From Polyangiales bacterium (lineage in GTDB: Bacteria > Myxococcota_A > Polyangia > Polyangiales > Ga0077539), in NCBI GenBank assembly GCA_046351535.1, contig JAXLYG010000005.1, forward strand, positions 37,334 through 101,333: 64,000 nucleotides of DNA. The letters are read 5' to 3'. The notes under the pieces are model-generated. The model was not told the origin of the DNA, did not search any database, and was given only the letters and a program-made list of their open reading frames with translations. Made by a program: the position numbers and the translations under genes. The stretch's first letter is position 1. Each line of letters starts with the position of its first letter. Shown here piece after piece: positions 28,946-37,163 of this stretch.

Positions 28946-30676
28946 ATGGTCGACGACGACAACGACAGCTTCGAAGCTCCGCCCAACCACGGCCCCCGCA
29001 ACGCGGTGATCGCCGGCGTCGCGCTCGTCGTCGCCTCCGTCGGCGCGTGGGTCGCCAACGATCACTTCGACGGCGAGCGAAAGACGCGCGAGCTCCAGCG
29101 CGCCGCCGACGCGTGGAGCGACCTCTCGCGCTGCCTCGCGGGCGACCACCAGCGCGTCGGAGAGATCGCCCGCAACGCGCGCCGCGCCGAGCTCCGCGTG
29201 CCCGCCTCCGTGCGCGGAATGACCCGCGACGAGCGCGCGAGAGAGTGGCCCTGGCGCTGCGCGCCCCCCGCGCGGATCATGACCCGCGCGCTCTTCGAAT
29301 CGCGCTCCGACGATCCCGCCCACAGGATCCTCAACCAGTACGCCTCGCTCGCCGCCACGGAGCTCGGCCGCGGGTCGCTCCGCACCGGACGCGACGATCC
29401 CCGGCGCTACCTCGACGAGCTCTTCGCCGCCGCGTCGCGCGCCAACCTCCCGCGAGGGCGCGCCTCCGCCGTCGCCCCGCCGCCCGAGCCCATGCGCGTG
29501 CTCGACCCCGCCCGCGTGCGACCGCTCTTTCGCGGCGCGGGATCCGCGGTGCTGGCCTCCGACGAGCCCTTCGACGCGGGCGCCCTGCGCGTGCTCGTGG
29601 GGCGCGCCGAGCGGAGGCTCTGCGACTTCGATCGCACGCTGGAGTGGCCCGACTGCGTGCGCGTCGCCGAGCTCGACCACCGCGCGAGCGTGCGCCTCAC
29701 GAGCGCCCGCTACCCCGCGATGCCCGGCTACCTCGCGGACCCCGACGCACACGGAATCGGCGCGCTCCTGCACCCGGCCACGCCCGGCGGCGCCGCGATC
29801 GAAGCGCGCGCCTCTGACGCGTGGCGCGCGTCACGCGACCAGTGGATCACGGCCGTCGCCCCCGACGCGACGCGCTTCGAAGTCCGCGACGGATCGCTCT
29901 CGCTCCCGCCCGGCGCGTTCGCGGCGCCCTTCGCCGCGGGGCCTCGGATGATGGGCGAGGTCTTCGTCGCGGCCCTCTCGGCGCCGCCTCCGCCCGCGAC
30001 GCCCGACGGAGGCGTCACGCTCTTCGACGAGCCGCTCATCGCGGGCGCGGTGTCGTCCGAAGGTCCGCGGCGGTGGGTGTCTGCGCCGTCGCAGCGCGCG
30101 ACGGTGCGTGTGAGCGCCGCGGGCCTGACCGTGCGGGGCTGCGCGCTCGACGACGCCCGCGCGGTGGTGGCGTGGGGCGACGACGCGCACGGCGTGGTGC
30201 TGTGGTTCCGCAACGGGAGCTTCGTGTCCGCGCGCACCATCGACGCGGGCCACGGAACGCTCTCGTGTCACGGCGGAACGCTGCGCCTCGCGTGGTACTC
30301 GCCGCTGCCGTTTCCGAAGGCCCACGTCACGACCTGCACCGAGGCGCGCTGCACGCACGCCGAGGCGACCGCCCCGATGCTCGACGCGCCGCCGCGCGTG
30401 GTCGCGATGGGAGAGCGCGTGCTGCTGGTCTACACGGGCGACGACCTCGGCGGACTGCGCTACCGCTACGGCCCCCTCGCGACCATCGCCGACGCGCGCG
30501 AGACGGTGATCTTCGACGACGCGGCGCACGACGGCGTCGACCTCGAAGCGCCGCCGACGGTGCTCGCCCACGACGACCTCGCGGCGATCCTCGTCACGCG
30601 AAAGGGCGCGCCGTACGAGACCTGGGGGCTGCGCGTCGACGCCGACGGCTACCGCGCCATGCGCCAGCGGGAGTGA
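28946..30676 (+). CDS. Hypothetical membrane-anchored protein.
   Basis: It has a single N-terminal TM helix (AVIAGVALVVASVGAWVA) and is 576 aa with no known domain. It starts 31 nt after the upstream gene. Confidence 0.55.
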   Translation: MVDDDNDSFEAPPNHGPRNAVIAGVALVVASVGAWVANDHFDGERKTRELQRAADAWSDLSRCLAGDHQRVGEIARNARRAELRVPASVRGMTRDERAREWPWRCAPPARIMTRALFESRSDDPAHRILNQYASLAATELGRGSLRTGRDDPRRYLDELFAAASRANLPRGRASAVAPPPEPMRVLDPARVRPLFRGAGSAVLASDEPFDAGALRVLVGRAERRLCDFDRTLEWPDCVRVAELDHRASVRLTSARYPAMPGYLADPDAHGIGALLHPATPGGAAIEARASDAWRASRDQWITAVAPDATRFEVRDGSLSLPPGAFAAPFAAGPRMMGEVFVAALSAPPPPATPDGGVTLFDEPLIAGAVSSEGPRRWVSAPSQRATVRVSAAGLTVRGCALDDARAVVAWGDDAHGVVLWFRNGSFVSARTIDAGHGTLSCHGGTLRLAWYSPLPFPKAHVTTCTEARCTHAEATAPMLDAPPRVVAMGERVLLVYTGDDLGGLRYRYGPLATIADARETVIFDDAAHDGVDLEAPPTVLAHDDLAAILVTRKGAPYETWGLRVDADGYRAMRQRE

Positions 30677-30925
30677 ATCCCGAGCGCGTCGGGGCTCTTC
30701 TTCCGGCGCGCCACCGCGGCGCTCGGGGCTGATCCATCGACACGCGCCCGACGCCGGCGCCCGCGTCCAGCGCGTCGTGCGCGGCGGATCGTGGTGGTGC
30801 GGGCAGGGGACCTGCGACGGCTTCGGGCGCTGGTACCGCGGCCACGACGACCCCGCGTCGGCGTTCTCGAACCTCGGGTTTCGCTGCGCGTACGACGGTC
30901 GCGCGCCTCGGGTAGACTCCGCGCG

Positions 30926-31663
30926 ATGACCGCGCGCACACGCAGATCGCCCGACGCGAACGACGACGTACGGAAGCAGTGGCTCCTCCGCGTCGAGGCC
31001 GAGTACCGCTCGGCGACGCTCACGCAGGAGCTCACCCTCTGGCTCATGCAGGCCGGCGTCTCGCCCGACCTCATTCGCGACGGGCTGCGCATCGTCGAAG
31101 ACGAGATCGTCCACGCGGAGCTCAGCATGGAGACCTACGTCGCCGCGGGCGGAGTGGGCGGACCCACCATCGCGCGCGAGACGCTCTCGCACGCGAGGCA
31201 CCACGGAGAGAGCCTCGAAGCGGAGATCACGCGCGTCGCCGTCGATGCGTTCTGCCTCGGTGAGACCGTGGCCGTTCCGCTCTTCAAGAACCTCCGCGAG
31301 GGCTGCACCGTGCCCGTGGCGCGACGAGCGCTCGACCGCATCCTGCGCGACGAGGTGAGGCACCGCGCGTTCGGGTGGACCCTCCTCGAATGGATGCTCG
31401 AGACACCCCACGGACCGGCGCTGCGCGCGCTCATCGCGCGAGAGCTCGGCACATGGTTCACGCGCATCCGACGGTGCTACGCGCCGGCCTACGCGGAACG
31501 CATGGAGTCCATCGGCGAGGTCGACCGCGCCTGGGGGCTCATGGCGCCCGCGCGCTACGGCGCCGTCGTCGAGCGGACGTGGTCGCGTGACTGGAAGCCC
31601 CGCTTCGAAAAGCTCCAGATCGACGCGACGCCCGCGTGGGAGGCCGCGAAGCGAGGGCCCTGA
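30926..31663 (+). CDS. Ferritin-like (di-iron carboxylate) domain protein.
   Basis: It has paired E…ExxH motifs (EDEIVHAELS…, RDEVRHRAFGW) typical of ferritin-like four-helix-bundle proteins, with the ATG at 30926. Confidence 0.6.
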   Translation: MTARTRRSPDANDDVRKQWLLRVEAEYRSATLTQELTLWLMQAGVSPDLIRDGLRIVEDEIVHAELSMETYVAAGGVGGPTIARETLSHARHHGESLEAEITRVAVDAFCLGETVAVPLFKNLREGCTVPVARRALDRILRDEVRHRAFGWTLLEWMLETPHGPALRALIARELGTWFTRIRRCYAPAYAERMESIGEVDRAWGLMAPARYGAVVERTWSRDWKPRFEKLQIDATPAWEAAKRGP

Positions 31664-31730
31664 GGCCGTGCGAAATGGCCTCCGCGCGCGCTTCACAGAA
31701 CGCCGCTGCGGTCTGTAGAGTCCGCGCCCC

Positions 31731-34700
31731 GTGACGAAGACCTCCGCCTCCTCCGCGTCAGAGGGCAACGCGTCGCCGCTCCAGGCGCTGCTCGTGCCCT
31801 TCCTCTGCTTCTTTCTGTCGGGCGCATCGGGCCTCGTGTTCGAGGTCATCTGGACGCGCATGCTCACGCTGGTGTTCGGCGCCTCGACGCCCGCCATCAG
31901 CACCGTGCTCAGCGCCTTCATGGGCGGGCTCGCGCTCGGCTCGTTCCTCTTCGGGCGCTTCGCCGACAGGCTGAAGTTCCCGATCCTCACGTACGCCGCG
32001 ATGGAGGCGGGCGTCGGGGTCTTCTCGCTGCTCATCCCCGTCGTCGTGCGCGGCGTGTATCCGCCCGTCTCGCACTGGATCACCAACCACGGCGGCAACC
32101 GCTTCGACGTCTTCACGCTCCTGCGCTTCGTCGTCGTGGCGCTCGTACTTCTGCCTCCGACGACGCTCATGGGCGCGACGCTGCCCCTCCTCGCGCGACA
32201 CTTCGTGCGACAGGGCGGACGCCTCGGTCAGCGCGTCGGCGCCCTCTACGCGGTCAACACCTTCGGCGCCGTGGCGGGGACCTTCCTCGCGGGCTTCTTC
32301 CTCCTCCCCGGCGTCGGCCTCGCGTGGACCAACGCCATCGCGGGCTGCACCAACCTCACGCTCGCCGCGCTGATCGTGCTGTTCCGAAAGCCCCTCCTCA
32401 ACGGCGAGTGGCCCGCCACGTGGAGAGACCTCCTCCCGTCGCGCACGGCCGAGGCGCTCCCGGTGAAGGCCCCCGCCGCCGATGAGCCCGCCGCCGAAGA
32501 CGAGCGCGACGACATCCTCGAAGACAACGGCTCACGCGCGGTGCGCACGGCGACGCTCATGGCCGCCGCGGGCTCGGGCTTCGCGGCGCTCGCCTACGAG
32601 GTGATCCTCACGCGCGCGCTCGACATGGTGATCGGCTCGTCGGTCTACTCGTTCTCGATCATCCTCATCGGCTTTCTCGTGGGCATCGGCGGAGGCAGCG
32701 CGCTCGCGTCGGCCATTCTCAAAGCGCGCCCCACGCCCCTCGCCACCGTGGCCGTCGCGGGCTCCATCGAGGGCCTCGCGCTGCTCCAGTACGTGATCTA
32801 TCAGACGAACCTCTCGCGGCTCGTGTGGGCCGTGACCACGGTGATCGTGCTGCTCGCGACCTCCATCGCGGCGACGTGGCGGAGGCCCGTGCTCGCGCTC
32901 GGCGTGACGCAGCTCCTCATCGCGGCGGGCGCGATCGTCACGTACTTCTTTCAAGACCGCATCCCGCGGATGTTCGTGTACCTCGCGATGAGCGCGACGA
33001 CGAACTGCGACCCCCACGAGGCGATCCACTTCTCGCAGCACGTGGGGACCATCCAGGCGCTCTCGTTCGTGGTCGCCCTCGCGTGCGCGCTCCCCGCCGC
33101 GGTGGGGATGGGCGCGGCGTTTCCGCTCGGCGTGCGGGCCTACTCGCGCGGTCTCTCGAAGATCGGCAGCGACACGGGCGCCGTGTACTCGGTGAACACC
33201 CTGGGCTCCATCGCGGGGTCGTTCCTCATGGGCTTCATCATCATGCCCGCGGTGGGCATGGAGACGGCGATGTACGTGGCCGTCGCGGTGAACCTCGCGC
33301 TCGCGCTGATGCTCTTCCTCGCGTCGCCCGGCGAGGAGCCCGTGAAGTACGTGCTCGTCCCCATGGCCGCGGTGCTGCTCGCGGTGACGGGAACAGGCGC
33401 CGCCCTCGGACGCGACGGACGCATCGCCCGCTCGCAGGGCGCGCTCAAGCTCTTTCCGCGCGCGTGGGACCAGGCCGAGATGACCACCGGCGTGTTCCGC
33501 CTCTCGCTCGCCGACGGCATGGTTCGCCGCCGTGACGGTCACTGCATCGAAGACGCGCCGAGCGATCGGTCGCGCAGCATCTCGGGTGACAATCCCATCT
33601 ACTACCGAGACGGCGTGACGACGACGGTGACCGTCGAGCGCTGGGCCCTCGGCGGCGAGAAGGTTCACTTCGCGCTGAAGAACAACGGCAAGGTCGACGC
33701 TTCGAACGGCGACGACATGCCCACGCAGGTGCTCGTGGCAGGCTATCCGCTGCTGCTCCACCCGCGCCCCGCGCGCGAGCTCGACGTGGCCGTGGTGGGC
33801 TTCGGCTCGGGCGTCACCATCGGGACGACGCTCCAGTTCCCCGTGCGCAGGGTCGACGTGATCGAGCTCGAGCGCTGGATCCCCGACGCCGCGCGCTACT
33901 TCGCCGACGTGAACCACCTCACGTTCACGCCGCGCAGGGAGTTCCCCTTCGTCACGGCCGACCGCCTCACGCTGCTCAACAACGACGGCAGGAACTTTCT
34001 CGCCGCCACCGACCGCCGCTACCACGTCGTGATCTCGGAGCCCTCGAACCCGTGGATCACCGGCGTCTCGAACCTCTTCACCGCGGACCACTTCCGCGCG
34101 GCGACGCAGGCGCTCACCCCCGACGGGATCTTCGTCCAGTGGGTGCAGCTCTACGAGATGTCGCCCGACAACATCAAGACGATCTACCGCACCTTCGCGT
34201 CGGTCTTTCCGCACGTGCGCGTCTTCGCCGCCGACGCGTACAGCTCCGACACGATCATGCTCGGGAGCTTCAACCCCATCGCCCTCAACCCCGCGGAGAT
34301 CGACCGCCGCCTCGGTGATCCGACCATCCGCGCCGCCGTCGAGCCCGCGCACGCCAACGGGAGCACCGACCTCCTCGCCCGCATGCTCTTCGCCTCGCGC
34401 GATGAGGTGAACCGCTTCGCCGTGATCGAGGAGCGCCTGGAGCGCGGCGAGTGGCGTTCGAACCTCCGCGCCACGGGCCTCGGCGAGTGCTCGGCCCCCA
34501 CGTGCCGTCGCCGCGACGCGCCGATCAACACCGACGACAACGCGCTCATCGAGTTCGCCGCGCCGCGCGACCTCATCGGCTTCGACGCGTTCTCGGGCTA
34601 CGTCGAGACGATGTACTCCGACGACTGGCGCTACGGACGCGTCGAGCAGCAGGTCGCGATCCCCACGGACCCCACCGAGCGCATGCGCCTGATGGCGCGG

Positions 34701-35381
34701 CTGGGCGTGTCGCTCCTCGCGGCGGGCAGGCCCTCTCGCGCGGGCGAGGTGCTCGACGCGGCGGCCTCGATCCGCGGCCCCGGCAACGCCGAGATCCGCA
34801 CGCCCGAGATGATCCGCGCCGCGAGCATCTGGAACTCCATCACCACGCCGCGCGAGCCCACGATCCGCCTGGAGCCTCCGGTGGCGAGCGCGTCGATGAG
34901 CGTCGAGGGCGCGCGTCTTCTGTCCGAGACCTTTGATCGCGCGCGCACGGCGATCGACAACGGGTCGTACAACACGGCGCTCGAGACGTTGACCTCGCTC
35001 CCCGCGAACGTGCGCGAGCAGTCGGGTCCCGGCATGCGCTTGATGTACGGCTTCCTCCTCTACCGCGCGTCGCTGGCGGAGAACGCCGATCCGCGCTTCG
35101 CAGAGGCCGCCGAGACGCTGGAGGCGCTCGCCCACGACGAGCCCGCGTGGTCGGAGCAGCACCCCGAGGTGCAGTACCTCATCGGCCGCGCGCGCTTCCG
35201 CAACGGAGATTTCGCGCTGTCGGTGAACGCGATGGGCCGCTTCGTCGACGCGTCGCGCACGCCCGTCCGCGGAGAGCACGAGCTCCCCGCGGTGCCGCGC
35301 GACCTCGACGAGCCCGCGGCGACGGCTCCCCCCGTGACCGACGCGCCCGGCGAGAGCCCCAAAGACAGCCGCGCGAGCTGA
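31731..35381 (+). CDS. Giant fusion protein with an N-terminal polytopic MFS-like membrane domain, a spermidine-synthase-like (aminopropyltransferase fold) domain and a C-terminal TPR-like region.
   Basis: More than 12 predicted TM helices are followed by a SpeE-like segment (…DVAVVGFGSGVTIGTT…YHVVISEPSNPWITGVSNLFT…) and a helical-repeat tail, 1216 aa in all. Confidence 0.85.
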   Translation: MTKTSASSASEGNASPLQALLVPFLCFFLSGASGLVFEVIWTRMLTLVFGASTPAISTVLSAFMGGLALGSFLFGRFADRLKFPILTYAAMEAGVGVFSLLIPVVVRGVYPPVSHWITNHGGNRFDVFTLLRFVVVALVLLPPTTLMGATLPLLARHFVRQGGRLGQRVGALYAVNTFGAVAGTFLAGFFLLPGVGLAWTNAIAGCTNLTLAALIVLFRKPLLNGEWPATWRDLLPSRTAEALPVKAPAADEPAAEDERDDILEDNGSRAVRTATLMAAAGSGFAALAYEVILTRALDMVIGSSVYSFSIILIGFLVGIGGGSALASAILKARPTPLATVAVAGSIEGLALLQYVIYQTNLSRLVWAVTTVIVLLATSIAATWRRPVLALGVTQLLIAAGAIVTYFFQDRIPRMFVYLAMSATTNCDPHEAIHFSQHVGTIQALSFVVALACALPAAVGMGAAFPLGVRAYSRGLSKIGSDTGAVYSVNTLGSIAGSFLMGFIIMPAVGMETAMYVAVAVNLALALMLFLASPGEEPVKYVLVPMAAVLLAVTGTGAALGRDGRIARSQGALKLFPRAWDQAEMTTGVFRLSLADGMVRRRDGHCIEDAPSDRSRSISGDNPIYYRDGVTTTVTVERWALGGEKVHFALKNNGKVDASNGDDMPTQVLVAGYPLLLHPRPARELDVAVVGFGSGVTIGTTLQFPVRRVDVIELERWIPDAARYFADVNHLTFTPRREFPFVTADRLTLLNNDGRNFLAATDRRYHVVISEPSNPWITGVSNLFTADHFRAATQALTPDGIFVQWVQLYEMSPDNIKTIYRTFASVFPHVRVFAADAYSSDTIMLGSFNPIALNPAEIDRRLGDPTIRAAVEPAHANGSTDLLARMLFASRDEVNRFAVIEERLERGEWRSNLRATGLGECSAPTCRRRDAPINTDDNALIEFAAPRDLIGFDAFSGYVETMYSDDWRYGRVEQQVAIPTDPTERMRLMARLGVSLLAAGRPSRAGEVLDAAASIRGPGNAEIRTPEMIRAASIWNSITTPREPTIRLEPPVASASMSVEGARLLSETFDRARTAIDNGSYNTALETLTSLPANVREQSGPGMRLMYGFLLYRASLAENADPRFAEAAETLEALAHDEPAWSEQHPEVQYLIGRARFRNGDFALSVNAMGRFVDASRTPVRGEHELPAVPRDLDEPAATAPPVTDAPGESPKDSRAS

Positions 35382-35387
35382 ACGCCG

Positions 35388-35942
35388 CTACCGCGCGCCC
35401 ACCACGCGCTGCCCCGTCGGACGGCGGTTCCGCGACAACACTCGCGCGCCGTCACGCACCACCACGTCATCGCCTTCGCGCGACATCACCAGCGTCGTCG
35501 AGCCGCACGTCGCCCGCGCGAGCTCCGCCCCCTGTGTCCGCTGCACGCGGCACGGACCTGCGATGCGCGTGACCTCGCCCGTCTCCGAGCCCACCGTGAC
35601 GATCACCACCACGCGGCCCGTGCGACCGCCGCTCGCGCGACGCTCATCGGTGAACTCGAAGCGCGCCGTCACCTCGCACGCCCCGCGGAAGCGATACCGA
35701 ACGCCCGACGGCGGCGCCATGCTCCACGACTGCGCCGTGCGACCGTCGCAGCCGCACCACTCGGAGCCCGCGGGGAGCGACGCGCCTCCGTCGCACACCA
35801 GACGCGCGGGGCCGTCGCAGCCCTGTGCGAAGACCTGCGCCTCGTGGGGCTGACAGGTCGGCGCGGTCTGCGCGAACGCAGGGACCGCGGCGAAGATCGA
35901 GGCGAGCGTGAACGCGCCGAGCGCGCTGCGAGAGAGCGTCAT
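35388..35942 (-). CDS. Secreted Cys-rich hypothetical protein.
   Basis: It has a signal peptide (MTLSRSALGAFTLASIFAAVPAFAQ) and 8 Cys in the mature part. The start was chosen at the internal ATG of the ORF. Confidence 0.5.
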   Translation of the reverse strand: MTLSRSALGAFTLASIFAAVPAFAQTAPTCQPHEAQVFAQGCDGPARLVCDGGASLPAGSEWCGCDGRTAQSWSMAPPSGVRYRFRGACEVTARFEFTDERRASGGRTGRVVVIVTVGSETGEVTRIAGPCRVQRTQGAELARATCGSTTLVMSREGDDVVVRDGARVLSRNRRPTGQRVVGAR

Positions 35943-36046
35943 CGTGAACCTCCGTGGCGCCTGTTGGTACTCGACCGCGCGACGCATTCTTGGGCGAGAG
36001 ACCCCGTTGCCTCGACGACGCGCCGACCCCACGATCGCAGGCTGAG

Positions 36047-36448
36047 ATGCAAGACAAGGAACTCAAGAACCGTCTCACCGCCCTCGTGAAGGAGGGCGTC
36101 GAGAGCCCCTACATCGACCGCCTCCGCGCGCGCGTCGACCCCTCGCAGGTGGTGACCGACATCCAGCGCGAGATCGTCTCGGAGATGGCCCAGGCCCTCG
36201 GGCACTCCGAGGAGAAGCTCGAACGCGCGCTCCTCGAGCTCGACGTGATCGCGCATCGCATCAAGGCCCTCGGCCCTACGCCCAATCCCGCGGCGCTCAC
36301 GGAGCTCGAGGCGCGCTTCGACGAGCAGCGCGAGCGATGCCTCAAGCGACGGTGGGAGCTCGAGGTGCACCGCGAAGCCGTCGGGTTCCGAAACCACGAG
36401 GCGCTCAACAGGCTGCACCCCATTCCGCCGCGACGACGGAGGGCGTGA
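36047..36448 (+). CDS. Small hypothetical protein (133 aa, helical).
   Basis: The plus frame is protein-like, whereas the overlapping minus frames look antisense. Confidence 0.45.
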   Translation: MQDKELKNRLTALVKEGVESPYIDRLRARVDPSQVVTDIQREIVSEMAQALGHSEEKLERALLELDVIAHRIKALGPTPNPAALTELEARFDEQRERCLKRRWELEVHREAVGFRNHEALNRLHPIPPRRRRA

Positions 36449-36508
36449 CGAGCGCGAGGCTGTGACGGGGGGAATCGCGGAGGCTGCGGAGAGAACCGCG
36501 AAGGCGGA

Positions 36509-37075
36509 TCAGCGCGGAGGCGCGGTGCCCTGGGGCATGGGCTGGCCGTTGGCGCCGCGCTCGGGCGTCATGCCGACGACGCACTGGCCGTTGACCACCG
36601 TGGCCGCTTCGTAGCGGCTCGGGCACTTGGCGATGATCTCGTCGGCGTTGAACGTGCCGCTCTCGGTGAGCTCTCCGCGCACGGTCACGCCCGCGCAGTC
36701 GCGGAACGTGTCGGGCACGATCCCGCGGTAGTGCACGGGCATCTCCGCGTGGTTGCGCGCCACGCGGAAGCGGTACTCGCTCGTGCCCGGTCGGCTCTCG
36801 ATGGAGCCCGGCGCGACGAGCCCCTCGACGCGGAGCGTGCGACCGACCCAGTGGCGCGCCTCGCCCGGGGCCATCACCTCGTCGACGTACTTCGAGTACT
36901 GCACGGCCGTACCGCGGAGCGTCGAGCCGATGAGCGCGATGGCGACCACGAGCAGGCCGAGCGCCGCCCAGCGGCCGTAGGAGGGCTTCTTCTCACGCTT
37001 CCGCGCGGAGCGTACGGGGGTCTCGACGCCGGCGGGCGCGTCGTCATGCGGATCGATCTCGGGTTCGTTGCTCAT
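36509..37075 (-). CDS. ccmE: CcmE-like heme chaperone with a C-x-x-x-Y variant motif.
   Basis: An N-terminal TM anchor and OB-fold core align with E. coli CcmE (…YRGIVPDTFRDCAGVTVRGEL…IIAKCPSRYEA versus …[21 protein letters not shown]…VLAKHDENYTP). The heme-binding His is replaced by Cys. Confidence 0.7.
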   Translation of the reverse strand: MSNEPEIDPHDDAPAGVETPVRSARKREKKPSYGRWAALGLLVVAIALIGSTLRGTAVQYSKYVDEVMAPGEARHWVGRTLRVEGLVAPGSIESRPGTSEYRFRVARNHAEMPVHYRGIVPDTFRDCAGVTVRGELTESGTFNADEIIAKCPSRYEAATVVNGQCVVGMTPERGANGQPMPQGTAPPR

Positions 37076-37163
37076 GGGGAGAAAGTGAGTCGGACCGTAG
37101 TATCCCGACGTTTTCGTGTCCACCCCGCAGACCGCGTGAATCTGGCACCATCGGCGTCCCGCC

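Noticed and set aside
25642-29058. A 1138-aa minus-strand ORF spanning the two lipoprotein genes.
   Set aside because: It is an antisense frame of real plus-strand genes, with R/G/A/E-dominated low-complexity composition typical of high-GC shadow ORFs.
32532-35279. A 915-aa minus-strand ORF.
   Set aside because: It is antisense to fusion gene A. Its composition (R, A, G, H, E) is non-protein-like.
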